NCBI GenBank assembly: GCA_002342025.1
Contig: DDPD01000071.1
Coordinates: 744-64,743, forward strand
Origin: Moraxellaceae bacterium UBA2477
Lineage (GTDB): Bacteria > Pseudomonadota > Gammaproteobacteria > Pseudomonadales > Moraxellaceae
Direction of reading: 5' to 3'
Length of the DNA stretch: 64,000 nucleotides
The notes below the pieces were generated by a model, which did not search any database, had not been told where the DNA came from, and saw only the letters and a list, made by a program, of their open reading frames with translations. How positions within the stretch are numbered: the first letter of the stretch is position 1; each line of letters starts with the position of its first letter. Both the position numbers and the translations under genes were made by a program. Positions 42,194 to 52,076 of this stretch are shown in pieces.

Positions 42194-43144
42194 ATGAATA
42201 CCAATGTCGCTGTGAAGCTAGACCCTACCCTCGTCACTGAGACCCCGGTGTTGCTACCCATCAATGCCGTCGAGCGGGAGACAGGAATTACCAAAGAGTT
42301 ATTGAGAATGTGGGAACGCCGATATGGCTTCCCGTCGCCAGAGCGTGATGCTCAGGGTGATCGCATCTATCCCCTAGCTCAAATCACCAAGCTTCGCTTA
42401 TTGCGTCGGCTTATTGATGCTGGGTTTCGTCCGGGCAAAGTTATCAACTTGGAAACCGCCGAGTTGGAGCGGATGCTTCGCTCGCAAACGCAGTCTCGCC
42501 ATGACGTTCCAGAAGAACTTGAAGCCGAGCTGCTTACCGTCTTGAAAACCCATGATGTGAATCAAGTCAGGGATTACTTAGCGCATCAATTGCTAAAAAT
42601 GGGTTTAGAGCACTTTGTCGTCGACTTTATGCAGCACGCGAACACCATCGTCGGTGACACCTGGATGCGGGGCCTAGTGGAAATTCACGAAGAGCATCTG
42701 TTTACGGAGCAAGTGCAAAATATTGTTCGCCAGGCGATCAGCAACCTACGCGCAGTGAATCGCCCGCCTCGCATCTTGCTGACCACACCACCCGAGGAAA
42801 CTCACACCCAAGGGATTTTAATGGTGGAGGCGCTGTTGCGTTTAGATGATGCCGATGCGGTTTGCTACGGCGCACAAATGCCAGTGAAGGACATTGTGCA
42901 AGCGGTACAACGTCACAAGATGAACATCGTGGCTTTGTCCTTTAGTGCGTCATACCCGACCACCAAGGCCATTGAGTACCTTGAAGAGCTGCGCTTCAGA
43001 TTGCCGTTGGCCGTTGAAATTTGGGGCGGCGGCGCTTCACTGCGCTCCACACGACGCAGTGTAGAAGCGGTCAAGTTTTTCCATGACCTGCCCAGTATTC
43101 GGCAGGCTGTAAAAAACTGGCGTATCGCGCATGGCCCACGCTGA
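42194..43144 (+). CDS. MerR-family regulator with B12-binding domain (CarH/LitR-like photoreceptor)
   Basis: RMWERRYG helix-turn-helix signature; W-x9-EH (WMRGLVEIHEEH); E-x-H-x2-G (ETHTQG); LSFS and WGGG in the Rossmann domain. Confidence 0.88.
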   Translation: MNTNVAVKLDPTLVTETPVLLPINAVERETGITKELLRMWERRYGFPSPERDAQGDRIYPLAQITKLRLLRRLIDAGFRPGKVINLETAELERMLRSQTQSRHDVPEELEAELLTVLKTHDVNQVRDYLAHQLLKMGLEHFVVDFMQHANTIVGDTWMRGLVEIHEEHLFTEQVQNIVRQAISNLRAVNRPPRILLTTPPEETHTQGILMVEALLRLDDADAVCYGAQMPVKDIVQAVQRHKMNIVALSFSASYPTTKAIEYLEELRFRLPLAVEIWGGGASLRSTRRSVEAVKFFHDLPSIRQAVKNWRIAHGPR

Positions 43145-44675
43145 ACACATGTTTCAGCCCTACAGTGTGGTGTGGTTTAAACGGGATCTACGCATCGTTG
43201 ACCACACCCCACTCATTGAGGCCGCCAAGCGCGGCCTTGTTTTTTGCATCTATTGCGTTGAGCCCAGACTTTGGACCCAGCCAGACGCCGCTAGACAGCA
43301 CTATCATTTCATCCGTGAGTCGCTTCAGGACCTCGAGCGCAATCTAAGCAAGTTGGGCGGCAGCCTCAGCGTTCACTATGGCGATGCCGAGTTGATATTG
43401 GACGAGCTGTATCAGGTCATGCCGTTTCAAGCACTGTATTCCCACCAAGAAACAGGGAATGCAGCCAGCTTTTCACGTGACCTGCTGGTTAAACAGTTTT
43501 GCATGAGAAACCACATTGAGTGGATCGAAACGCCCCAGTTTGGTGTCGCTAGACCGTTGAAAAATCGAGATCACTGGCTAGCCTTTTGGCAGCAACATGT
43601 TTCGGCTTTGCAGGCTAATCAACCTATTCAGTTGTCTTTTTACTCCCACCCACTTAAGCAGGTGACCTTGCCTAGTGCAACACAACTAGGACTGTCAGTG
43701 GATGAACCTCGGCAGCGGCAACGCGGCGGGCGACAGCAAGGACTCATCGTGCTAAACGACTTTTTAAACGAGCGTTGCGAGTCATACCGCGGCGGCATTT
43801 CATCCCCACTTTCAGCACCCACCGCTTGTTCGAGGCTATCGCCCTATTTGGCTCATGGTTGCCTGAGCTTGCGTGAAGTCATGCAAGCTACTCAGCTGAA
43901 ATTGAAGCAGTTACCAGCGTCTGCCGTACACACTCGTCTCAGTTTGCAAGGCTTTATCAGTCGCTTGCACTGGCACTGTCACTTTATTCAGAAGTTGGAG
44001 ACTGAACCTGAGATTGAGTGGCAAAACATGCATCGCGGCTATGACAACCTTCGAGAACATGAATGGTGTGAAGCTCATTTTACTGCGCTTAAACAAGGCC
44101 AAACAGGCTGGCCCTTAGTCGATGCCTGTGTAGCCATGTTAAGGGAGACAGGCTGGCTTAATTTTCGTATGCGCGCGATGTTGGTCTCCGTCGCAGCTTA
44201 TCCACTCTGGCTTCATTGGCGTCCCGTTGGCGAATGGTTGGCTCAGCAGTTTCTGGACTACGAACCGGGTATTCACTGGAGCCAACTGCAAATGCAATCG
44301 GGCACTACAGGCATCAATGTGCCAAGAGTGTACAACCCCATTAAGCAAGCTAAAGATCATGACCCACACGGTATTTTTGTGAGGCGATGGTTGCCTGCAA
44401 TGCGCGAAGTTCCCCAAGCATGGCTTTTTGAGCCCTGGCGCATGCCGGACTCTATTCAGCAGAGTTGCGGCGTGATCGTGGGTCAAAGCCTACCCTTTCC
44501 GTTAGTAGACTTAGTGACAGCCACCCGGCTTGCTAAGGCCAAGATGCTGGCCAGACGTTCAGACTCAACGGTTAAGGCCGGAAAGTTTGCAATCATTGAA
44601 CGACATGCATCCCGAAAAAAAATCGCCGATCTTAAACACCTCAAGCAAGCTCAACTTGGCTGGGATTGGACATGA
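43131..44675 (+). CDS. Photolyase/cryptochrome family protein (class unassigned)
   Basis: [68 protein letters not shown]. Confidence 0.9.
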   Translation: MAHAEHMFQPYSVVWFKRDLRIVDHTPLIEAAKRGLVFCIYCVEPRLWTQPDAARQHYHFIRESLQDLERNLSKLGGSLSVHYGDAELILDELYQVMPFQALYSHQETGNAASFSRDLLVKQFCMRNHIEWIETPQFGVARPLKNRDHWLAFWQQHVSALQANQPIQLSFYSHPLKQVTLPSATQLGLSVDEPRQRQRGGRQQGLIVLNDFLNERCESYRGGISSPLSAPTACSRLSPYLAHGCLSLREVMQATQLKLKQLPASAVHTRLSLQGFISRLHWHCHFIQKLETEPEIEWQNMHRGYDNLREHEWCEAHFTALKQGQTGWPLVDACVAMLRETGWLNFRMRAMLVSVAAYPLWLHWRPVGEWLAQQFLDYEPGIHWSQLQMQSGTTGINVPRVYNPIKQAKDHDPHGIFVRRWLPAMREVPQAWLFEPWRMPDSIQQSCGVIVGQSLPFPLVDLVTATRLAKAKMLARRSDSTVKAGKFAIIERHASRKKIADLKHLKQAQLGWDWT

Positions 44676-44845
44676 TGAAGGGTCATAAAAAGTCTGAATT
44701 GCCAGAAAAAACCTGCCCTGTCTGTTTAAGGCCATTTTCATGGCGAAAAAAATGGGCTCGTGACTGGGATCAGGTCAAATTTTGCTCAGAGCGCTGTCGC
44801 CGTGCGCCTACACGTCAAACACAACAGGATCTAAAACGCCCATGA
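44672..44845 (+). CDS. DUF2256 domain-containing small Cys-rich protein (57 aa)
   Basis: Hand translation: [57 protein letters not shown]; ATGA overlaps at both ends. Confidence 0.92.
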   Translation: MMKGHKKSELPEKTCPVCLRPFSWRKKWARDWDQVKFCSERCRRAPTRQTQQDLKRP

Positions 44846-46125
44846 CCTCTGCCATTTATTGGTTCCGACAAGACTTGCGCCTGCTGGACAACCCTGCATT
44901 GAACCGAGCCATTGAAAACACCAGCGCATTATTACCAGTGTATTGTTTACCTCAGCAAGAACGGAGTGTGTGGCTGGCCCAACGGGTTGGACAGCATCGA
45001 CAAGCCTTTCTTCACCAAGCCGTTGTCGGCCTAAAAAAGCAGTTACGCTCCTCTGGCAGTGACCTGCTTTCACTCAATGGCAATGCAGTGGCCGCTCTCA
45101 TCGAACTTTCCACGAAACTTCATATTCAGGACATTTTCTGCGAAGACATTGCGGCCCCAGAAGAGCAAGCCGAGATTGCTGCTTTACGTAAGGCAGGACT
45201 CAGAGTGACTACTGTTTGGCAGTCCAGCTTACTTGATCCCGTCGATCTACCGTTTTCAATAGATCAATTGCCCCCTGTTTTCACGCGGTTTCGTCATGAC
45301 GTGGAGAAAGCGAAATGCCTTCCCCCGCCGCCGTTACCTGCACCCACGAAGCTGCCGCCGCTTCCCGATATGGCGCTCTCAGGGTGGGATCAGAACACGC
45401 CATTATTAGTGGCCTGCGAAGAGCCTCGCTCAGCATTTCCCTATCATTTAGCGGCATATAACGGCTCAGAACTGGCTGGCTTGGCCCATGTGAAGCAGTA
45501 CTTTGAAAGTGATCTGCCACAGCGCTATAAACTGACTCGCAATGGTTTAATTGGCACGGATTACTCCACCAAATTTTCCCCTTGGTTAGCCACCGGTGCC
45601 TTATCCGCAAGACACCTCTTCGTGCAGCTGCGTCAACATGAGCGCCAATTTGGCGCCAACGACAGCACCTACTGGATTTGGTTTGAGTTGCTCTGGCGTG
45701 ACTACTTCCGCTTTTTACATCTGCAGTATGGTTCAGCGCTCTATCGCCTTAATGGATTAGCGCCATACGCTAGCAGTAACAAACACAGTGCCATTCGCTT
45801 TCAACGCTGGTGTGAAGGCAACACGGGCGAGCCACTCGTCGATGCCGGCATGCGTGAGCTGGCCGCCAGTGGCTACATGTCAAACCGAATGCGTCAGATT
45901 GTGGCGAGTTATTTAGTGCATGACTTAGGTTGTGACTATCGCGCTGGAGCTGCTTGGTTTGAGCATAAATTGGTGGACTATGACCCGTATAGCAATCAAG
46001 GCAACTGGCTTTATGGGGCCGGCTTAGGCACTGACCCACGCGGAGGCAGACGCTTTAACCCAGATAAACAGACACGTGAGCACGATGCCGATGGCCTGTA
46101 TCGAGCTCGATGGAGCACGCCATGA
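44842..46125 (+). CDS. Cryptochrome DASH
   Basis: [78 protein letters not shown]. Confidence 0.92.
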   Translation: MTSAIYWFRQDLRLLDNPALNRAIENTSALLPVYCLPQQERSVWLAQRVGQHRQAFLHQAVVGLKKQLRSSGSDLLSLNGNAVAALIELSTKLHIQDIFCEDIAAPEEQAEIAALRKAGLRVTTVWQSSLLDPVDLPFSIDQLPPVFTRFRHDVEKAKCLPPPPLPAPTKLPPLPDMALSGWDQNTPLLVACEEPRSAFPYHLAAYNGSELAGLAHVKQYFESDLPQRYKLTRNGLIGTDYSTKFSPWLATGALSARHLFVQLRQHERQFGANDSTYWIWFELLWRDYFRFLHLQYGSALYRLNGLAPYASSNKHSAIRFQRWCEGNTGEPLVDAGMRELAASGYMSNRMRQIVASYLVHDLGCDYRAGAAWFEHKLVDYDPYSNQGNWLYGAGLGTDPRGGRRFNPDKQTREHDADGLYRARWSTP

Positions 46126-47660
46126 CAACGCTACGACTGGTTTTAGGCGATCAGCTCAATCCGAATCACCGCTGGTTTCAGGTCATCGACGAGACAGTTA
46201 TTTATGTCCTCTTGGAGATGCGCCAAGAAACCGACTATGTCTTACATCATGCACAAAAAGTCATCGCCGTATTGGCTGGCATGCGCGACCTCGCCCGCTC
46301 GTTGCAAGCCGCTGGCCATCGTGTGCACTACCTGAAAATTTCAGACCCCGAGAATACACAGCAGCTGGAAAGCAATCTGGACATACTGCTGAACCATTTC
46401 AACGCCCAGTGCTTTCAGTACCAAGCTCCGGATGAGTGGCGGCTTGACCAACAGCTAAATCAATTTGTCGTAGCGCTTGAAGCGCGCGGTATCCATGCAA
46501 ATGCGGTAGATAGCGAGCACTTCCTGGCCTCACGAGAACATGCTGCAAAACTCTTTGCATCGCAGAAAAACTGGTTAATGGAACGCTTTTATCGAGACAT
46601 GCGAACGCGCCATGGCATTCTGATGACAGCCGATGCCAAGCCCGTTGGCGGGCAATGGAACTACGATCACGAAAACCGCGGCCGATGGAATGGTCAGCAA
46701 ACACTGCCACAGGACAAACGTCATCGGCACAATCATCTCCCTTTGTGGTTAGAAATACAGGCCGCTGGGGTGCACACCTTCGGGGAAGCCAGCGCGGATA
46801 ACTTTCGATGGCCACTGAATCGAACCGAAGCCTTGGTCCAGCTAGATGACTTTATCGCTGATCGTCTTCCCTACTTCGGCCAGTATCAAGATGCCATGAC
46901 GCAGCAGGACTGGCGCTTATTTCATGCGCTTCTATCCTTCGCGCTAAACACCAAAATGCTGTCTCCGATCGAAGTGATCTTGGCGGCCGAACAGGCCTAT
47001 AAACAGGGTCATGTGCCTATTTCAGCGGCGGAAGGATTTATTCGCCAAATTTTGGGCTGGCGCGAGTATGTTCGCTGCGTTTATTGGGCACGCATGCCGA
47101 ACTACGTTCATCAAAATCACTTTCAGCATACGCAGGACTTACCCGAATGGTTCTGGACGGGCAAAACCCATATGCGCTGCCTAAGCATGGCCATTAAGCA
47201 GTCTCTGGAGCAGGCCTATGCTCATCACATCCAACGTCTGATGGTGATTGGCAATTTTGCGCTACTCGCGGGGCTTAACCCAAAACAACTGCACACGTGG
47301 TACCTAGGCATTTATATTGATGCCTTTGAATGGGTAGAGCTGCCCAATACGCTGGGTATGAGTCAGTATGCCGACGGTGGGCTACTGGCCACCAAGCCCT
47401 ATGTCTCCAGCGCTGCTTACATCGATAAAATGAGCGACTACTGCAAAGACTGTCGCTACGATAAAAAACAACGAATTGGCCCCAATGCCTGCCCATTCAA
47501 TGCGTTGTATTGGGATTTTCATGCTCGCCATGCCAACACGCTCAGCAAAAATCCGCGCATTGGCATGGTCTATCGTCAGATCGAAAAAATGACGCCCGAA
47601 GCAAAATCAGCCATTACTGACCAGGCGATACAATGGCGCTCACGCCTGAACACGTTGTAG
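46122..47660 (+). CDS. FeS-BCP (PhrB/CryB-type) bacterial (6-4) photolyase/cryptochrome
   Basis: LVLGDQL, HAQK, GGQWNYDHENR, EGFIRQILGWREY, AHHIQRLMV, DAFEWVELPN, KPYVSS; four Fe-S cysteines in MRCL, SDYCKDC and ACPF. Confidence 0.93.
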   Translation: MTTLRLVLGDQLNPNHRWFQVIDETVIYVLLEMRQETDYVLHHAQKVIAVLAGMRDLARSLQAAGHRVHYLKISDPENTQQLESNLDILLNHFNAQCFQYQAPDEWRLDQQLNQFVVALEARGIHANAVDSEHFLASREHAAKLFASQKNWLMERFYRDMRTRHGILMTADAKPVGGQWNYDHENRGRWNGQQTLPQDKRHRHNHLPLWLEIQAAGVHTFGEASADNFRWPLNRTEALVQLDDFIADRLPYFGQYQDAMTQQDWRLFHALLSFALNTKMLSPIEVILAAEQAYKQGHVPISAAEGFIRQILGWREYVRCVYWARMPNYVHQNHFQHTQDLPEWFWTGKTHMRCLSMAIKQSLEQAYAHHIQRLMVIGNFALLAGLNPKQLHTWYLGIYIDAFEWVELPNTLGMSQYADGGLLATKPYVSSAAYIDKMSDYCKDCRYDKKQRIGPNACPFNALYWDFHARHANTLSKNPRIGMVYRQIEKMTPEAKSAITDQAIQWRSRLNTL

Positions 47661-47689
47661 CGCCTTAGCCTTAAGCGGGCTCAGGCGGC

Positions 47690-48595
47690 TTAGGCTTGCT
47701 TAGACGGCTTGGCCATGGCGCCGATGAGTGCTCCCAGGAAAACGATGGTGACGCCTAAGGCCGTGCTAGAACTTAGGGTCTCACCTAAAACAGGCACGGC
47801 GAGCAACGCGCCGACCACAGGTACGGCTGACATCATAATGACGACCTTGACGCTGCCGAGTAACTCCACCGCTTTCGCATAGGTCCACATGGCGACACAC
47901 ACCACGATAAAGCCCTGATAAAACGCCTGAAGCGCAATGTCTTCGACACTCGCCAGATGCAAATGACTCGGCAAAAACAGAGCAAATACTGGCAGGTAAA
48001 TCATGGCGGATACGGACGTCACCCCTAGCGAAACATCAAATGCTTTGAGCTGCCAATATTTGATTAGCACTGTGAACAAAGACCATAAACAACTGGCACT
48101 AAGCAACATGAAGTCGCCCTTTATGGTCGCCGTTGAAAACGTTTGAGGCGTGATCTGGCCAAATAGCAGCGTTAACACGCCCGTTAATATCAACACCAGA
48201 CCTAAGACACGCACACGGCTTGGACGCTCACCTAATAACCAACCAGCAAAAAAAGACGTGAAGAACGGCAACATGCCGGAAATTAAGACAGCACCATGAC
48301 TCGCCGGGGACGTTTGAAAACCAATATAACTGGCTAATGGATAGGTAATGCCCGCCAACAGGGCTAGGCTTAAGGCTTGATACCACTTCAGTTGACGGCG
48401 CTCGCGATTCAGCAACCGGGGCAACCACCACGGCGCAAGCACTAATGCCGCCGTACCCAAGCGCAGCGCGGCAATATCATAGGGGGTCAAAATGCTCGTA
48501 GAACCCAGACGGGAAACCACAACAAAGCCAGACCAAATCAACAGCGTTACAGCCGCAAATACGTAGCCGGAATCGGTTGAATAAGTTGCTTTCAT
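47690..48595 (-). CDS. DMT/EamA family transporter
   Basis: About ten hydrophobic helices in two repeats; LLGERP and VLGETL motifs. Confidence 0.9.
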   Translation of the reverse strand: MKATYSTDSGYVFAAVTLLIWSGFVVVSRLGSTSILTPYDIAALRLGTAALVLAPWWLPRLLNRERRQLKWYQALSLALLAGITYPLASYIGFQTSPASHGAVLISGMLPFFTSFFAGWLLGERPSRVRVLGLVLILTGVLTLLFGQITPQTFSTATIKGDFMLLSASCLWSLFTVLIKYWQLKAFDVSLGVTSVSAMIYLPVFALFLPSHLHLASVEDIALQAFYQGFIVVCVAMWTYAKAVELLGSVKVVIMMSAVPVVGALLAVPVLGETLSSSTALGVTIVFLGALIGAMAKPSKQA

Positions 48596-48665
48596 TTCTG
48601 CGCTCTAAACGACTAAGCAGGCTAGGATACACCCTTCAAAACACCTCATTATGAGATTAAGCCGT

Positions 48666-49445
48666 ATGAGCCCAGCGGAAATTCAAATTCAGCATCACGA
48701 CGCTATTTGCCATATCGTGATTCATCGCCCAGAGCGAAAAAATGCGTTAACTCACACCATGTATAGCGCGATCAATGATGCGTTATTAGCGGCTGAGGCC
48801 AACCCACATGTGCGAGTGATCGTGCTCAGTGGTGAGGGCGGAAACTTTACCAGCGGCAATGATTTGAAAGACTTTCTTCAGCACCCGCCTACAGAAGAAC
48901 AGGCACCGGTCATGGTGATGCTCAACACCTTGTTAAATGTCCAAAAGCCGATTGTGGCTGCAGTCAGTGGCTACGCCATTGGTATTGGCACAACATTGCT
49001 GATGCACTGTGATTTGGCCTACTGTGACACCACCGCACGCTTTCAATTACCGTTTGTCAGCCTAGGCCTGTGCCCCGAAGCTGGATCAAGCTATGTTCTT
49101 CCGCTCATGGCCGATCACCGCCGTGCGGCAGAGCTACTGTTGTTGGGCGAGACATTTAGTCCCGAAACAGCGCGTGAGATTGGTCTTGTGAATACCATCG
49201 TGCTGGATGAGCCTGTACTCGCCTATGCACTGAGGAAGGCTAAGCAAGTAGCCAATCAGCCCAGCGCGTCGGTATTGCTCACCAAGTCATTACTGAAAAA
49301 ACCACACCATGATATTTTTTCAGCGCACATGCGATTTGAAGGTCAACACTTTATGGAGCGCGTGACCTCCCCAGAGGCACTAGAGGCATTTTCAGCCTTC
49401 CAAGAAAAACGTCAGCCTAACTTCAGGCAATTTGACCCCGCCTAA
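48666..49445 (+). CDS. Enoyl-CoA hydratase/isomerase family protein
   Basis: RPERKNAL, FTSGNDL, AIGIGTTLLMHCD, PFVSLGLCPEAGSS; alternative start at 48651. Confidence 0.92.
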   Translation: MSPAEIQIQHHDAICHIVIHRPERKNALTHTMYSAINDALLAAEANPHVRVIVLSGEGGNFTSGNDLKDFLQHPPTEEQAPVMVMLNTLLNVQKPIVAAVSGYAIGIGTTLLMHCDLAYCDTTARFQLPFVSLGLCPEAGSSYVLPLMADHRRAAELLLLGETFSPETAREIGLVNTIVLDEPVLAYALRKAKQVANQPSASVLLTKSLLKKPHHDIFSAHMRFEGQHFMERVTSPEALEAFSAFQEKRQPNFRQFDPA

Positions 49446-49461
49446 ATGCGGTCATGTTGCA

Positions 49462-49496
49462 CATAAAAAAGGCGCCCATCAGGCGCCTTTTTTATG
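49462..49496. terminator. Bidirectional terminator
   Basis: CATAAAAAAGGCGCC-CATCA-GGCGCCTTTTTTATG. Confidence 0.92.
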
Positions 49497-49507
49497 ATCC
49501 CATACGC

Positions 49508-50680
49508 TTAGAACGTGCGCGAAATCAGCTCTTTCATGATTTCGTTGGTGCCGCCATAGATACGGTTAGCACGGGTATCGATATAGGCCTGCGCCACCGG
49601 ATACTCGAGCATGAAGCCGTAGCCACCATGCAGCTGCACGCACTCGTCAGCCACCTTGGACATCAAATCCGAGACCCAGTACTTGGCGGCTGCAGCGGCA
49701 TCCACCTGTAAGGTGCCTTTGATCTGCTCTTCAATACATTTGTCCACGAAGACGCGGGCGATCTGTGTTTCCGAGCGCAATTCAGCGAGCTTGTACTTGG
49801 TGTTCTGGTAAGCCGCAACCGGCTTGCCGAAGACCTTACGATCACGCACATAGGCCAGAGTATGAGCCAGTACTTGCTCACAGCCAGCCGCGCACATGAT
49901 GGCAATCATTAAGCGTTCCCAGGCCAGTTCTTTCATGAGCATGATGAAACCCATGCCTTCCATGCCAATCAAGTTGGACTTAGGCACGCGCACGTTGTCG
50001 AAGAACAGTTCGCAGGTGTCCTGCCCCTTCATACCCACTTTCTTCAAAGGGCGACCTTTGCTGAAGCCAGGACGATCGGCTTCGATCAGCAGCAGCGAAA
50101 TGCTTTCGGCGCCCTTGCTAGGATCGCCCGTCTTCACTACCACCACCGCGATATCGCAGAGATAGCCGTTAGTGATGAAAATCTTGCTGCCGTTCACGAT
50201 GTAGTCATCACCATCGGCAATGGCGCTGGTGCGCACTGCCTGAAGGTCAGAGCCTGTGCCGGGTTCGGTCATGGCGATAGCGCCGACGGCCTCACCTGTG
50301 GCCATCTTCGGCAGCCACTTTTGCTTCAGCTCTTCGCTAGCGAAGTTATTCAGGTAGTTCGCCACGATATCCGAGTGCAGCGAAAAGCCTGAAGCGGAAT
50401 CACCGGCACGCGCCTGCTCTTCCATGAGGATCACGCTGTATAAGCGGTCCACACCGGAGCCACCGTATTCTTCAGGCATGGTTGGGCAAAGCAGGCCCAG
50501 CTCACCCGCTTTATTCCACAAGTTGCGATCAATGTGCTGCTGCTCTTCCCATTTTTCACGGTGAATTGCAATTTCATCTTCAAAAAAACGGCGGGCAGTA
50601 CGGCGGAAATCTTCATGTTCTGCGCTGAACAGGGTGCGCGGAATCATGGCATTCATAGGATTCGGGACATTCAAACTCAT
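49508..50680 (-). CDS. Acyl-CoA dehydrogenase (long-chain type)
   Basis: AIAMTEPGTGSDLQ, GSKIFITNG, QDTCELFF, QLHGGYG, IYGGTNEIMKELI. Confidence 0.95.
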   Translation of the reverse strand: MSLNVPNPMNAMIPRTLFSAEHEDFRRTARRFFEDEIAIHREKWEEQQHIDRNLWNKAGELGLLCPTMPEEYGGSGVDRLYSVILMEEQARAGDSASGFSLHSDIVANYLNNFASEELKQKWLPKMATGEAVGAIAMTEPGTGSDLQAVRTSAIADGDDYIVNGSKIFITNGYLCDIAVVVVKTGDPSKGAESISLLLIEADRPGFSKGRPLKKVGMKGQDTCELFFDNVRVPKSNLIGMEGMGFIMLMKELAWERLMIAIMCAAGCEQVLAHTLAYVRDRKVFGKPVAAYQNTKYKLAELRSETQIARVFVDKCIEEQIKGTLQVDAAAAAKYWVSDLMSKVADECVQLHGGYGFMLEYPVAQAYIDTRANRIYGGTNEIMKELISRTF

Positions 50681-50914
50681 GACAAACCACTCCGGAAAAG
50701 GTCATAAAAGGCAGGCGAACCTCAAAATGTGACTCAACGGTCTCGCAGCCAGCCGCGTTTATACAAGCGCGACTCATCAGTCGCAAGCGATTTATGACTG
50801 AACAGTCCTTTTTCTTCGCACCATAGAAAAGCACTATCAAAAATAGAAAGTAATTTCATTAGATCGAAGCAGATATTGCTTCTAATCTGGGGGCTAATTC
50901 AACGGAGAACGAAG

Positions 50915-51115
50915 ATGGCACGCCGAATTCAAAAAACGACTAGCTTTGCTGCGGTTCACTTCGGCGTTGCTTTTGGTGTGAGCTACCTGCTCACAGGGAG
51001 TGTCATCATCGCTGGCGCGTTGGCAGTGATAGAGCCTTTGGTAAATACCGTGGCTTTTTTCATCCATGACTGGAGTTGGGATCGCTTTTCGCCCACAAGC
51101 GCAAGCCAGTCCTAA
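50915..51115 (+). CDS. DUF2061 domain-containing small membrane protein
   Basis: [42 protein letters not shown]; GGAG RBS. Confidence 0.88.
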   Translation: MARRIQKTTSFAAVHFGVAFGVSYLLTGSVIIAGALAVIEPLVNTVAFFIHDWSWDRFSPTSASQS

Positions 51116-51186
51116 GTTCAGCACTGACAGGTCAGTCCCGCCCATGCGAAAATACGCGTCAACTTAACGACCGCTACGGAGATCTC

Positions 51187-52032
51187 ATGTCTGCCTTGTT
51201 GCTGGATGGCAAAGCCCTGTCGCTGAAAATGGAAGCCGAGCTCGCCGAGCGCGTTGCGCACATCAAGGCTAAAAGTGGCCGCACGCCTATTTTGGCTACA
51301 ATTTTGGTGGGCGACGACCCTGCCTCAGCGACCTACGTGACCATGAAGGGTAAGGCCTGCCAGCGGGTTGGTATGGACTCCATCCGTCTTGAACTGCCCA
51401 GCGTGACCACGACCGAGCAACTCCTGGCTGAGATTCACAAGCTCAATGCCAACCCGGACGTCCATGGCATCCTCTTACAGCATCCAGTACCGCATCAGAT
51501 TGATGAGCGCGCCTGCTTTGATGCGATTGCTCTGGAAAAGGATGTGGATGGCGTGACCTGCCTAGGCTTTGGGCGCATGGCCATGGGCGAGCGCGCCTAT
51601 GGTTCAGCAACACCGGCAGGCATCATGAGTCTGCTTAAGCATTACGGTATCGCACTGGCTGGGAAACATGCCGTGGTGGTTGGGCGCAGTGCCATTTTAG
51701 GTAAGCCCATGGCGATGATGCTGCTCGGCGCCGACTGCACTGTCACCATTTGCCACTCGAAAACACAAAACTTAGCGGCGCTCATTGCGCAAGCCGACAT
51801 TGTGGTTGGTGCTGTGGGTCGCCCCGAATTCATTAAAGCGGCATGGATAAAGGACGACGCTGTAGTCGTTGATGCCGGTTATCACCCCGGTGGCGTGGGT
51901 GATATTGAGCTGAAGCCGTTGGTTGATCGTGTGGCTGCCTGGACTCCCGTGCCCGGTGGCGTTGGCCCGATGACCATCGCGACCTTAATCGAACAGTCCG
52001 TGCAAGCCGCAGAGCGCCAACTCGTCAGTTGA
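51187..52032 (+). CDS. folD: Bifunctional methylene-THF dehydrogenase/methenyl-THF cyclohydrolase
   Basis: [41 protein letters not shown]. Confidence 0.97.
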   Translation: MSALLLDGKALSLKMEAELAERVAHIKAKSGRTPILATILVGDDPASATYVTMKGKACQRVGMDSIRLELPSVTTTEQLLAEIHKLNANPDVHGILLQHPVPHQIDERACFDAIALEKDVDGVTCLGFGRMAMGERAYGSATPAGIMSLLKHYGIALAGKHAVVVGRSAILGKPMAMMLLGADCTVTICHSKTQNLAALIAQADIVVGAVGRPEFIKAAWIKDDAVVVDAGYHPGGVGDIELKPLVDRVAAWTPVPGGVGPMTIATLIEQSVQAAERQLVS

Positions 52033-52046
52033 GCCTGCGCGCGGCC

Positions 52047-52076
52047 ATAAAAAAGCCCCAGTAGGGGCTTTTTTAT
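52047..52076. terminator. Bidirectional terminator
   Basis: ATAAAAAAGCCCC-AGTA-GGGGCTTTTTTAT. Confidence 0.9.
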
